In this document: piece after piece, positions 49,881-63,424 of the stretch
Layout of the letters: every line of letters begins with the position of its first letter
How positions within the stretch are numbered: position 1 is the first letter of the stretch
From: Camelus ferus
Lineage: Eukaryota
Assembly: GCF_009834535.1 (NCBI RefSeq)
Contig: NC_045696.1
Location: forward strand, 115,074,001-115,138,000
Direction of reading: 5' to 3'
DNA: 64,000 nt
The notes under the pieces: generated by a model
Database searches by the model: none
The model's input: only the letters and a program-made list of their open reading frames with translations
What the model was told of the DNA's origin: nothing
Made by a program: the position numbers and the translations under genes

Positions 49881-51489
49881 ACTGTTTCTTTTGTCATACA
49901 TTTCTTTACTGTACCATATTAAAGAAACTTACAATATGTAACCTGGCTGTTATTCAGAAGGTACTCAGTCAATGTGAATTCCTCACCCCTTTCTTTTTCT
50001 CCAAGGTAGAAATTAAAGTCAGATTTTTTTTTTATATTCTGTAATAGCTATTGTATAATTCAACATGCTCAATTCACTAATTACGTTAGATATTTAATTG
50101 CCTTTTTATTATATTCACAGTAGAATTAAACATTACGCTTTAAGCCATTGCAATTTACAGAAAGGCAATAATCACCTCTTTTCAGTTTTTCTCTCACGTT
50201 TTTGAAAAGCAGAGAAAAGCAAATCTATTTCTCCAGTTGGGCTGTGGAGACCTGTTCCTGAAGAGAAAACTCTGAACCACTTGGGGCTTATGATCAATGC
50301 GATAGAAAGCAATCTGACTTGCCTAATCTGATCGATTTTGTTTCACATAGAATAGAGCATTTGGAATATTTCTGTCCTGAAACGACCAGCGGTGCTTAAC
50401 GACACTGATGCTGGCGGCTTTGTCATTGGTTCTGGGAACATCATGTGGGCGGGTGTCTATCCCCCGGGTAGCCTTCCGTGTCCCAGCTATGACTGTGACT
50501 GATTTTCTTCTGCTGCAGGCTAAACTGGTCCATGTCAGCCACCAGAGCCCCACTGCCTGAGTGTTGCTAAGAGAGTCTTCCGTTCCAACCTGGCTCTGCA
50601 TGGGGAAGATTTAGTTCTGCCTAAGGAAACAAGCTAGGTTTGTTGTCCTTAGAAAAGCAGGGATATTAATAGGATCTGGTCCACATATAGTAATGTTCCA
50701 GACCATGTGCCAGACAGTAATTTTTTTTTAATTAAAATAGTCTTTTCATCACAGTATTTTCCTTGAGTTTGCTGACCACTTATAAAACACTTGGCCACAA
50801 GTGGCTTATTGATTTTGGTAAAATTGAGCTGCAACATGGGCATTTGGAGAGTTTGGATTTAAATTTTAAAATTTATTTTAAATTAAATTACAAAATAAAT
50901 ATGAGCCTCCAATATGAAGATGTGGGATGTGAGTTTTCTGCCTCATCTGAGACAGGTGTACATATATTTTTTTTCATGATTGTAGATTTTGCTTGTCATG
51001 AACCATGCCCTGAATCAAAATTGCTTCTCTGCCTCTTTGAAGAGCTGGCAGTAAAAGCTTGCCTGATTGACTACAGAGAGCTTCAATGTCTAGACCACCC
51101 AGTGGGATGAGAAGGAAGTGGAAAGGCTTGCTTGATTTCTGAACTCAACCAACACTGTCTCTCACTCAGGTGATTTGAGTCTCTGTGGGTAGGGAAAGGG
51201 TGAAGCTTTGAAGAGGGCTAGCTAGGTGTGTTGAGGGAGGAATAGTGTATTTGTAGTGAGAAATGCTTCTTTAAAAGCCAATAAATAGAAATGCTTCCAG
51301 CAAGAAGCATATCTGGGGAGTTGCCACAAAGAATCCGAGAACAGTGGACATTACCATCCCTAAATGAAAGGCACCAATTGGCTTTCTTCTAACTGAGGGG
51401 TTTTAATTATTTTTTTAATTTTTGCATTGAGTATGTAAGTTGTAAGTTGCTAAAACTTCTAAAGGTATTTTATTCATTTGTTAACAAAC

Positions 51490-51928
51490 CATCCTGTTGA
51501 CTTCAAACAGCAATGACTTATTATCTTTATTCTTGGACACACGCTGCCAACCAGCTGGGGTTCAGCTGACCTAGGCTTGGCTCAGCTGGACTTGTTGGCT
51601 TCCAGTTGTTTTTGCTGGGCATCTCCGCTTCTTGGTATGGGTGTTAAACCCACTGAAGTCATCTCTGTTTTAGATCTCTCTAATTCTCTTTCACCAGCAG
51701 ACTTGCCAGGGTAGGTTTTTCTCATCGTGAAAAGCGTAAGAGAGAGCTAGGCTCCCAAAATGGCTCACTTCACATTCTATTAATGGAAACTGATCACGAA
51801 GCCCAGCCCAATAAAAGGCAGGGGCTGAAAGTTAATATGCCTATTAGAGGGAGGAACAACATAGTTAGATGGCAAAGGGTACGGATATGGGAAAAGATAA
51901 AAGTTGGGAGCCAATGATGCAATCTACA
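51490..51928 (-). mobile_element. MLT1J-like LTR
   Basis: aaacagcaatgacttatt...cagctggggttcagctgacctaggcttggctcagctgg...ggcaaagggtacggatatggg...gcaatctaca. Confidence 0.6.
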
Positions 51929-52200
51929 ATGGGGGATCTGTATGGGCTACTTCATAGATGCCATAATGAACCTAAGTATGGAGTTCAAGAAATTTTCCAA
52001 TGATTCTTCTCTCCCTGTTTGATCATTTGGAAAGCCTGTCTTCCCTGTGCTGAGAATACTGTCTATTCAGAAGTGGACTGATAGGTGTCAGGCTTTCGTG
52101 TTGCTGGGATAACCCACACAAATGAACCTTTGTCCACCTCCTCTCACCATCCTGCCCCAATCAGAGTAGAGAGAGAGGCATGTGGGGAGGATGGGGACTA

Positions 52201-52386
52201 GAGGGAAGTCACTTACGCAAATTTTGCAAATATTTGTTAACGAAGGAAAGTAAATTCAGGCCGAGGTGATGAAAATGAGTTCCTGACAAAGATCAAAAAG
52301 GGGTTTGGAGTCAGCGTGGATTTATCAAAATGCAAATATTTTAAACAAAACAGGATGTTGCAATTGCATGCAGAAGCTATTCCCTC
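52201..52386. mobile_element. Ancient element with terminal inverted repeats, possibly MER121-like
   Basis: gagggaa ... ttccctc ends with subterminal tgcaaa/ttgca motifs. Family assignment is from memory only. Confidence 0.3.
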
Positions 52387-53109
52387 AAAGCCTACTGGGG
52401 ACATTTCCTAGTTTACATAATGTAATTAAATTCAAGCCTGATGAATTCAAATTTATCCCAGAGACATTATTGGCAACATGATCCCATGTGGTGAAAAGAC
52501 TAAGGAAGTAGCATGTTTGGGGGCCACGGGAGAATAGAAAACCATATCTAAAGCTCACAGCAATTGTTTGCAAGGATTCCTCCGCAGCTCTGCTCAGCAG
52601 TGATGGGGAGGGAACTGGAAACCCTCTTGAATCTGGTCTTCACGCTAAAATCCAACTGCATTCATGGACGGAAGGAAAAACCTTCAGTATCTGCCCATAT
52701 GTCTTTCTCCTAGAATTCTAATAGCTGTAAGAGATAATGTTTCTTTTTGCTTTGTATAATTATGATCTGTCAATATCATTTTCATAATTTAGCTTTACTT
52801 TCCCTTTTATGGTCATTGCTGATGCTCCATTTAGAAATTACATTTCCAGAAGCTCCAATAAAGCTTGTGATTTCAGTTACCTATAAATTACATCAAATTC
52901 CTTGGGTGAGGTAAAATGATAATCAATAGAAAAAACAGGCAAGGGATAATAAGAAGCGAAATTTGTACACACACGCACACACACACTTTTTTCCCATAGA
53001 AAACATTAACCTCTCTTCAGAAAAGAAAAACAAAGGGAAATAACAATGAAATGCCAGTTATTGTTTATCTGATGGGATACACACATACACATAGATGCAA
53101 ACACACACA

Positions 53110-53745
53110 CATATATTCCCTTGTTTAAGGATAATAGTCAAAACTGGTGATGGAGGAGTGAAAATAAACACTCACGTACAGTGCTGATGTGATTATAAAT
53201 CAGCACAAACTGTTGAGAACACAACTGAACACTATGTACCAAAGCTCTCTGATGCAATTTTACCACTTAACACACGAATTACATCGAGAGGACTTTATTT
53301 AAGGAAACAATGAGAAATAAGCACAAAAACTGATGGAAGAGGATTTGCCATTGCCATTCCATTTATAATAATGAAAACGTGGAAACCATCTAACTGTCCA
53401 AAAAGAGAAGACTATTTAAATACGTATGCACACTCCTAATGGAGGGTATTGTGCAACAATGAAGATTATATTTTGCAGAATCTTCATGACGGGGAAAGAT
53501 GTTGATTAATATATTATTAACCAAAATTTCACAATACAAAGAAGTACTATAAAATACTTAGTACATACACAATATATGCTATTGTGAATATAAGCTACAC
53601 AGTTGACTGAAAGGGACTATTAATAATATTTGTGTATGGATTATGGGTACTTCTTCTCTTCTTTACCTTTTTCTGAATTTTTCAAATTCTTCAATAGGAG
53701 CATGTCAAAATTTTATAATTAGTGAAAAGTGCTGTTTTTTAACAT
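53110..53745 (+). mobile_element. L1ME-like 3' region
   Basis: tgctgatgtgattataaatcagcacaa; ccatttataataatgaaaacgtggaaaccatctaactgtccaaaa. Confidence 0.6.
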
Positions 53746-54479
53746 GCACTCTAGAAAGAGGTGTATACTATTTTTAGCTTAGATAATCCAAAAATGTACT
53801 CTAGAATCACATCCCTGTATCAATAATTCCTCTGGCATTAAGAACCTTAAGTATTTCAGTATAAAAATTTGATTTCTGGAAATAATGAGGCAGCAAACAC
53901 GGAGAAAATGCACACATAACCAAAACTGTCATGATAAACTTATAGAAGATTTAACCTTGGAAATAAGATAACATACAAGGTCCCATTGCTGAAGGTGACA
54001 GCCTGCAGTGCCAACTTCAAGTAGGCGCAAATAGGTTCATTGTGGGTATAGACCATCTTAGAGATAACAGAGTCATGAAATCAATTTCCACCGCCCTCTT
54101 CGCATGCCCTCCTCCCTCCTGTTTTTTTTAAGTAGAGAGAAGCAGTTTTGGTTTACCTTAACCTTCAGATGACCTTGGGAAGTAACAGGTGTTGCAGGTG
54201 CCAACAATGAATGCTCTATGCTGATGTAAGGAACCAGTGCCAAGTCTTCTTGCAAATACTAAGCAACCCTATATGAAAGAGTTATTATAGAAGGAAACAC
54301 AAGTGAAACAGAAGTAAATGATATGCAAAACCCATCCCTTAGCCAGAGGAATTCACTCAACTTTCTATGAACGCCTTACACTTTTGGCTATTTCCTGTTT
54401 CTTGAATCACCCCTAATGTGATGCAACTGACTTGCACTCCCCTTGCAAGAGCCAACGGTGCACGTCTCTTCCGAAGCTA

Positions 54480-54606
54480 CGTTGGCCGTAATATGCCATG
54501 AAATTCGGTGTCTTGGCAGGAGTATTTAAACCATGGAGATTGGTTAATGCTGCACATCAGGGCTTTGTTTCCCTGGAGAGTCAAACATTTCCCAGCATAC
54601 CACTGG
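54480..54606. mobile_element. MER63-like hAT fragment
   Basis: gtatttaaaccatggagattgg...aaacatttcccagcataccactg. Confidence 0.5.
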
Positions 54607-55169
54607 CCCCTCAGTTCCCGATCCTTTGTTCAACTGTCTATGTCAGTTAAATAAGACTGTTAACTCTCCCCGCCAACTGGGCATCTTCAAATTTCCCCCA
54701 AGTGCCCTTATCAATGACAAGCACTGAACTGGAAAAGTCACAATCCTGCATCCACCGCATCTTAATCATATCCACTCCCTCATTAAAACCCCCACCACCC
54801 GCTATCATCTACCCAGTTAGGCAGCAAAAGCTCTTCACTATTTCCAAATCAATCCGTCCTCTCCGTCTCTGCACCTACCATAATATCCTTCCTGGGAACT
54901 GCTGTTTCTTTTTTGTGAGCCTCTGGGCTTTGTGACGCCAGGGAGTGGAGATGCTATTCCCTAGTTCCCCTTTCCCGCTTCCCTCGGAGGTTTCCAGTGG
55001 CTTCCCTTTTCTTTCTGACCCCTGTTGTTAACAGAGAAACTGACGTCAGGGAGGAGAAGACTAGGGAAGCCTGAAGTCACCAGGCATGAAAGAAAGTAGT
55101 AAATTTCTTTTTAATGCTAATGTGACTATTTTAAATTTACAGGAACTAACATTATGTTATTAAGATGAT

Positions 55170-55365
55170 GGGTGGCTATTTATGAAGAACCTATGTGAGC
55201 CAAATGTTCAGAACCACAAAGCAAAGTGGACATTATTAGCTCTGTTTTACAGATGATGAAATGGAATCTCAGAAGGTTAAGTAACTTTCACGGGCTCGCG
55301 CAGCTGCTGAGTGGCAATGCTTGGATGGAATCCTAGGTCGGGATTGCTCCAGAGGCATGCTCTTT
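55170..55365 (-). mobile_element. MIR
   Basis: attagctctgttttacagatgatgaaatggaatctcagaaggttaagtaact. Confidence 0.7.
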
Positions 55366-55479
55366 TTGCTGAAGCTGGAGGGGCCCACTGTCCCTGCTGC
55401 TGTAACAAGCTTGGTTCAAGTCTGTTAGAAATTTAAGATTCATTTTCATTTTTTTAATGAGATTTCCCTTTTAAAATGT

Positions 55480-55606
55480 TTTAATTTTTTAAAGGAGGAG
55501 GTAATTAGGTTTGCTTGTTTGTTTGTTTGTTTATTTAATGGAGGTACTGAGGATTGAATCAAGGAACTTTAAGCATGCACTCTACTGCTGAGCTATGTCC
55601 TGCCCC
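55480..55606 (-). mobile_element. tRNA-derived SINE (camelid Vic-1-like), more diverged
   Basis: ggaggtaattaggttt...ggaggtactgaggattgaatc...gcatgcactctactgctgagctat. Confidence 0.8.
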
Positions 55607-56384
55607 CTCATTCTGATTTTTTATTTCTAACCATAGCACACATCTAACTCCAACTTTCAATCTTATGTTTACTCAATCCAATTCTTTCTTGTGCATATGT
55701 GTGTGCTTAGCATTTTTTTCCATTTCTCTCTTTTTTTTTTTTTTTTGGAATATGACTTATGTTTAATAAAAAACACAAGTTCTTAAGGCTGAAGTTTGAT
55801 TAGTCTGGCTAAGGTATCCATGAGATCACCACCTTAATTGAGATATATAGAATCAATACACCCGAACACTATAAAGCCAGATTTAGGAATAAAGCGATTT
55901 GTAGGACTTTCGTAAGTCAAATAATAATAGATAAGGGCCTCAAATTTGTCAGTATCTGTCCAGCACTGTCCAGATGAGTGGGACTGTAAATTGTGATGAC
56001 ATAGACATCAGGGGCATAAGCCGGGAGTTTTGCTGAGGACCTCCCGGGAGACTGGATGAACCGTTAGGTCTTCCCAGTCTCCCTTTGCCCTGATGATGTG
56101 TTTCCCAAGAACAACAAGCTATCTGATAGTTCTGGTCCACAGACGAAGTATTAGGAGATGGAGAATGTCTTAGGGAACAGTAGCCGCTCGGTCATTTGAA
56201 GAAGAGGTTTCCTGTCTTAAGATGATAAATTACTATTTTTAGTATAAACAAAGCAAAACAACAGCCCAACAACGTCTCATGGCAGAATTCTATCCCCAAA
56301 TACGTCTTTACCATCTTTCCCAGAGATTCACCAGCAGAAACATACAGATGCCCTGTCTCACGGTCAGTGGTGCCTCTTCTCCAT

Positions 56385-56590
56385 CTTGTGTTCATTCGTT
56401 CCCTCCTTCCTACTGTATGTTGGTTCACTCATCTAGCAAACATCTGTTGCAAACTGACTGTTGACACTACTGTGGGAGCCAGGAGTGCAGATAAACACAG
56501 AGACAAAAACTCTGCCCTCGGGGGATGCACAGTCCTGTGAAGGGGGGGCACCAAAGTAAAGATGTACCACACACTGTGATCAAAGAGTCA
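56385..56590 (-). mobile_element. L2 3' end
   Basis: ttcactcatctagcaaacatctgttg...ctactgtgggagccagg...gacaaaaactctgccctcggggg. Confidence 0.55.
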
Positions 56591-57549
56591 AGGTAACTGA
56601 GCTTGGGTTGAAATTGATGGAGAAAGTTACAAGGCCCTATTTCTTCCTTGGGAAAAGGGTAGTCGAGGAAGACTTTCTTTAGAGTTTCATCCCATAAAGT
56701 AACCTTGCCCTTTACGGCAAACCTGTTAGTGGTCATTTGATTCTGCTTGAAATAGAGATAAAGAGGAAATAGAAGCTAGCAAGAAAAATATGTCGTAGTT
56801 TAGTATAAGAACAAGTTCTTGCTATCAACTTCCTTTTTTTTTTTTTTTTGTATATTTCATTATAGTATAACCCTCTTTTCTAAATGCTCAAATCTGGTTA
56901 TAAAATGGGTCCTGACACTATCTTCAAGAAGATCCTTCATCTGTGCCTATAACCAGAAGGCAGGCATGGGTTATATGGCATGAATGGCCCTGGGGGTTCT
57001 CTCGTGCATAGCATTCCTCTGTCTTCATGTCCCACTAAGACATTTGCCTCTAATACCCATTATTACATACAGCCTTGCTGTATGTACAAGTACGCTGTAT
57101 GTACTGTCTCTCTGTATACACTGTATACACTGTCTCTCTGTATGAGAGACAAGTACACATTCGTATAATTCTCTCATGCTTAGAATGTACTTAGGCGGAT
57201 AATTAGAACAAATTGTAATCATGTAAAATTAAGTATTCTTTACTTGTTGGCTAGAACTTATGGTAAGGGGCTAGTCCATCAGCTATGCAATGGGTGCTCA
57301 CAGTAATATAAAAATAGCATATACACTTATGCACTTTAACATAGCATTATAAAGAGAGTCCACTTCTTTAACTACTAAAATGTTCCAAAAGAAAGGCCAC
57401 ATCTGCCTGTTATACAAATATCTACAACTATCACATCATATCCTCACATCGCAGTGTATAATCCTTTCTTCCTCCTCTTTCTGTCTGTCTCTCTCCTCCT
57501 GACCCACACTCCACCCCAACTCTTTCTCCAATCACCATCCTTCCCTCCA

Positions 57550-57840
57550 CACATCCATCCATTCATTTAACAAGTATGTATTAAGTACTTACCGTGAACC
57601 ACACACTAGGGCCTGGAGATACGGTGGTGAATTTGCCATGGCATCTGCCTTCAGGGGTCTTACAGGTTTGTGAAAGATCAGGCAAGTGTCCAGGCTGGTA
57701 CAAAGCATGCACTATCACCAAGGAGAGTGTAGGGAGGAGACACGGGGGGCGTTCATCAGCAGAGTCGAGAAACGCTCTGGACGAAGTGATGTCTGAGCTC
57801 GGCGGTAAAGAACGTGTGAAATTTGTCGTACACAAGATGA
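57550..57840 (-). mobile_element. L2 3' end
   Basis: catccatccattcatttaacaagtatgtattaagtacttaccgtgaacc...ctggagatacggtggtgaa. Confidence 0.65.
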
Positions 57841-60800
57841 AGCTGAGCTAAAAAGAGACATATATTTTGTAGGATACTTATACAAACCTAAGAAACGTGT
57901 AGCTTCAGTCCTGTTTAAAGGGGGCTGTCTCACAGTGTCCTGATATTTCTCTAAGAACTGTGATTTCTGTAAGGCTCTCAATTGATAATATTTTCTCCCA
58001 AATTCTGTTTCAGTTTAGGCTCAGACAGAAATAGCTGGGGTATCCATATGTGTGTGTGTGTGGTGGGGGTGTTTGTACATATGCTTTTAAGCCACGTTTC
58101 ATGAACAGAAAGAAAAAATTTGGCTTTGAAAAGATCTTTTATTTGACAGCTATATTAAATGTGGTCATGGAGCCCACAACTTGAATCAAGTATCGGATTA
58201 GGTAAGATTTATATTAACGGAACCTCATCTGGCTGTCCTCTTTACCGCATGGTCACAAATCCTTTCAAGTACATAGGTTCAACTACAAACAATTTTTCTA
58301 GGAAATACAATTTTAACTATGTGCTCTTGACTCCAAGGATCTCCAATACTTTATCCCACCTTCTCCCTCATGACATCCTTCCATTCTACCTTCACTCCAT
58401 TCAATATACCTTCTTTTAAATGTCATCTAGTATGAGTTACTCATCTTGTCCTTATTACTTATTTCCCCATTATTCTTCTTCCTCTAACTGACTTCCACTA
58501 AACCACAGTGGTTTAATAAACGTTCTCTGTTCTCCTGAAATATCTCCCCTGAGATTTGCATCTTAATGGCAGACCTATTGTGAACTACCAGAGATTGGGA
58601 TAAAGGAGAGAATGGGTGACTCTGTGTTACTTGTGGCCAATAACATGCCACCATCTTACTCTTCCCCAGAACACAAACTCATCTCTTACAAGGTGTGCCA
58701 ACCACACCTCAGGACATGGGTCAAAGCTATGATTTGGGGTTCTGACACTTCGATAAGCATGTCACACATCCGTAGCAGGTAGGAAATGATCTCGTTGACA
58801 GAATTCAGTGTTCTGCTTTACTATAGTAAGAAACGAGGTTTGATTATCAGGAAAAGCACTGCATAAAAATGTCAGCAAAACAGGCTACGTATCAACATTA
58901 GGAGTCAAAAAATTTACTCTTATTGTTCATAATGTTAGTGGAAAGTAGAGGTTGGAAGAGAAGAGCTCTTTGATCTGGAGACCTAGAAGACATTGTCATT
59001 CCTTCTAGAAACCATCATGATCATTCCATAACTACTTTTGGTTGACTTCCTGAGCACCCCTGATTACGCCCAACCGTCCCCAACCATGACTGTGGCTTCC
59101 CAACGCTGCCATCTTGTGTTGTCTTCCTTAGGAGACTTCAAAAGGTGTGGGTACAGTACCTGATCATGACGCCTCCTAGTTTCGGCCTACGGAATTGCTT
59201 CCAATTAATTAAGGGAGTAATAGAAGACATTACTACTGGACGAATAGAGTCTTATTATAGTTGCCTCTGGCAATGGGGAGGGGGGATGAAATTATTGGAA
59301 AGGTGCATTTGAAAAAAAAATCATTGACTAAGAAATCACTAACTGCCTATAAGAACATGTCTCCTTTTCCATCCAGCATCCATCTCTCTTTCTGTCTGTC
59401 TCTTCCTCTCTTTTCTACCTTTCTGTGCTTATCCATCTTGCAGGGGAATCCATAAGACCTGAGTTTGTATGACCTCCTAGTTCCAGGGCTCATCACCCAT
59501 TGACAAGTTCATTCTCTGTCTCTTAATGTCCGTTTTCAAGAACAAACGTAATAGTCTCAGTTCATCTTTTCAGGCTGGGCCATCCAAGTCATAGGTCTCA
59601 GAAAATCCTCTTCAAAGGCCACCCTTATCAAATCGGTCATGTCCAGGGGTGATGAAGCCCTGCCTATTTCATATGGAAAAGGAATTTCCCCAGCGAGGAG
59701 GATGGCTTGGCAGCCATCCTGAAATATGTCTAAGTTCCCTCTATTTCCTATCAAGATTGATGCCAGGCTTATATTTCTAGGGAAGTAAGACAGTGAAATC
59801 TCACCTACTCGCATGACATAGACAGAGCCTGGGAGTCCTCTCCATCTGTAACATTTGGGAGAGGACTGCCTTTATTTTTCAGAAAAAAATGCTTATTTAT
59901 TTTTGAAAATGCTATCATGATTAGAAAGTCACTCACTTTCGAAACTTTATAGAAGAAATGAGACATTCCTGGCCGCTGCAAATACGTAGGACTTTATTTC
60001 CCTGAGGCAACTCTGGGTAATGGCCACGTCAGAGTACTCTTTCATGCTTGAGGATCTCCAAAAGCCAGGCCACCCATAATGTATGAGATGTTATTTGAGA
60101 AATCTGTCAGCAAGAGAGAAGAAAACAATTTTAAAAATCGGACTCATGAGCCAGAAATGTCAAATGATACTACAACTTGCATGTAAACGTAAAATCTTAT
60201 GGTATATGCTTCCAAGTGTCATTTTCCCATTTTCTTCCATGAATCACATGCACATATATGCATTACATGTGTATAGAATTATGTGACACAGACTCCAATC
60301 CAGCCAGCCCACGGACTCCATCATTTGAAGACTAATCTGGGTCAGTCATCAAACAAGCAATTGTGTTCAAGGCTCAGCTCCCATGACAGCTAAAAAAAGT
60401 GGACTTACCTTGAAACTGGTTGAACTGGTGATTCCCAGCTAGACAAGCCCAGCTATGCAAAACATCTCTTTTTCTTTCTTTTTTTCCTTTGGCCACTGTG
60501 TTTCATTGGACGACAGGTAGACAAGAAAGCCTGAGCAAAGAAACATGGGGCTTATGCCGGAGATTTGCAGCCTTACTGTGTATACTTATCTCGATCACAT
60601 GGTGGTATGAGTGCTTGATGTCCACGGAATACTTAGTAGTTAACAATTCTAGTTCATAACCATACGGTCCATCACATCCCTGAGTAAACCCTTTGTGAGT
60701 TTCCAAATTCTTGTTGCGGATTCACGACTGCCTCCGTGCCACCTGCCTTTCCTCATTCCTCTCTTAGCTCTGTCCTCAGGCTCCTCTCCCTTCTGGGCCT

Positions 60801-61692
60801 TTGAACATGCTGTTAACAATGACTGGGACACCTGTCCTTTATTTTTATCTAATTTGAAATCATCCGCACTCTTCAACTTAGATGTCACATTCTCTAACCT
60901 CCCTGGCTGCCCACTTTTCCTCCCATCAGAGGCCAACAGGGCCTTGTTGTTGGCAGTTTCTTTAAGATTGACTCTCCACACACATTTCTGCCTCACAGGT
61001 TTTTCTAAGGTGAATTATTTTTTTGTTTTTGTTTTTGTTTCTTCCCTTCCAGAAAGAATGGTCTGGTTATTTAACTAAAGCCATGCAATTTTAAAAGACA
61101 TGTGAGATATAGTTTAGATACTAAAGAATATGATAAATGGCTCAATTTAAAAGGATTCCCCAAGAAATTGTATACTTCAAAGTTATGGAAGTTCCTGAAA
61201 GTTATTACATTTCATCATGCTCAAATTCATTAGGGTCTTTTTCTCCTCTGTTTTTTGTTTGTTTGTTTTTCCTTGAAGATGAAGAGAAAAATTTCCACTA
61301 CATAGAAACCCTTGTGAGACTCTTATTGTCTTTTCAAAGTAATGACACCTTCTAGAAAAGATAAAATGCTGAGTGATTACCTTTGCTGAAGAGAAAGAGG
61401 AGAACGTCATGATTGAATATCCCCCCACAGACCTGACAGCTCTGAGCCATCACTGTTACTCAGAGTACATGGACCAGAGCATCCATTTAAATTCTGGGCT
61501 TTCCTTTCTTCACATTCATTCCCAGATCAACAAGTCTCTAGAGGAAAGGTGGGCTTTCTTTCTCAATTATCCAGCAATTTCTTGGAGAGTAAGCGTTCTC
61601 TGTCCTTTGGGAAATTAGTCTTGCTTGCCTATAGGTATTTGGGACCTAACTTTATGCCACCAAGTATTTACTGAGTTCCTCCTCCATGGCAG

Positions 61693-62095
61693 TGTCACAG
61701 GATGGGATCTGGGAAACAGATAAGGATGGTTAGCATGCAGGATATTATTTGGGAGCACTCTGGGGTGGCACTGTGGCCGGGACAAGAGGAAAGGGACTGG
61801 GGAGGGAAAGAAGTTGAGCTGTGATGCAGGTCCAAAGGCAACTTTAGGTGCTGTAAAGCTTAAATGGTCCAACTTGACCAAATGGTCCCAAATTGGTCTA
61901 CAGTGGCCAGGCCTTTTATTTTCCACATTGATCATTGATGTGGTCCACCACGGCGGGGGCAGAAACCTTAGCAATGCAGCTCCCAGCAGCTGAGGCAGTA
62001 CCTAAAGGGGCTGGCAGTTGAAGGCCTTCTGTCTACAGCACTCCCAGCAGCTGAGCAAAGACTGTCATTTTAGGGAGATCTGGGAGGGGCCTTGC
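61693..62095 (-). mobile_element. ERVL LTR16-like LTR
   Basis: tgtcacaggatgggatctgggaaacaga...gcatgcaggatattatttgggagcact...agttgagctgtgatgcag. Confidence 0.6.
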
Positions 62096-62227
62096 AGGCA
62101 GGCCCTGTAAAACTGCTCAGTGACCATAAAATAAATGAGACATATTAATTCTTCCAAAAGAGATTTCACATTATAATCAGGAAGACACACCTAGTAACTT
62201 TATCAAGGGATAAATAACGTGACTCTT

Positions 62228-62374
62228 TTTTTTCCTTTTTTTTTTTTTTTTTAAATGATAGTCAATTTACAACATTGTGTCAATTTCTGGTGCACAGCAT
62301 CATGTTTCAGTCATATATACACATACATATATTCCTTTTCATGTTCTTTTTCATTCTAGGTTACTACAAGATAT
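62228..62374 (-). mobile_element. Short young L1 3' tail
   Basis: Poly-T then tagtcaatttacaacattgtgtcaatttctggtgcacagc...aggttactacaagata. Flanked by actctt on both sides. Confidence 0.85.
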
Positions 62375-62649
62375 ACTCTTGAGGCCCAAGAAAGGTGGTC
62401 ACTAATTATGACCATGGCAATTATCCTAGAGGAAGATCATCTTTGTTGGTCAACCAATGAATTAGAAGTGATCAAACTGTGCAGTACTTTGTGTATTCTG
62501 GATTTTAAAAGTATTTTTATTATGCATTATATCAAATTTGCTACCACAGAAGTAAAGATTAAGAGTTTATGTGGCTTTCATATGCCATGATATTTCTTCA
62601 GATAAATCTCTCCTGTAAGCCCAAACCCAAACCAACCAACCAAACAATA

Positions 62650-62945
62650 AAAAGCAATAAAGGATGAGCAAAATTTCAATAAGTTTAGAACATGTGAGGA
62701 AGGACCCAGTAGACTGAGGGGAGAGGGTGATCCCAGGCAGAGAGGAACGTATGTTGGTCAGTGAAGGTAGAAGTTAGATTGGTGACATAGAGAAGGAAGG
62801 GTAGAGAGAGGGCTGGAAGGGAAGAATAGATGGAAAAGTTGAACACAATGGCAGAGATCTTTGGATGGAGTCCTAAAGATGTCAGGGCATGCAAATGAAG
62901 GGGAAAAGAAGATGCTGTTTCAATCATCATTTCTAAACTGCATGG
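62650..62945 (-). mobile_element. L2 internal fragment
   Basis: Purine-rich L2-like text (gttagattggtgacatagagaagg...). Tentative. Confidence 0.35.
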
Positions 62946-63424
62946 CTTCCAATTGAAGTTACATGAAAGTACTTATCAAGTGGGTAAAATTTTAGTCATG
63001 GAAAGTAAAGCTGGAGGAAGAAATGGAAGAATCTGGCAACCAACGTTAGGTTCGAACTCCCTCATGGCTTATGGTCAGCTGAAGCTAGGTAGAAGGCACT
63101 CCTTTGACAGTTAATGCACACTGTGCAATCCTCCAAGGTCTCAGACACTCTCTGCGAGGAGACATCTGGCTCACCCTGTGCAGTTGTGGTACTTTCCCCA
63201 CCTCTCTCCATAGAGTCTCACCCCGGGGACCCTCACTCATTTTCACAGCATCATTTCATGTATTAAGAAACCAAGACCCAAAGGGATACATCCCTCTCCA
63301 AGGTCCTATATCTGTGTCTATCTCATCTGAGCTGTAGATCACATTGCCATCATTTTAGTTACTCTTGTACAGAAGTTTCCTTGTTCCTACTAGGCGATAC
63401 AGTTCCATGAGGCATTAGTTATGT

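Noticed and set aside
59557..59814. 85-aa minus-strand ORF and a lone NF-kB motif (GGGAAATTCC, 59681-59690)
   Set aside because: No recognisable homology or clear splice pair, and a single motif can occur by chance.
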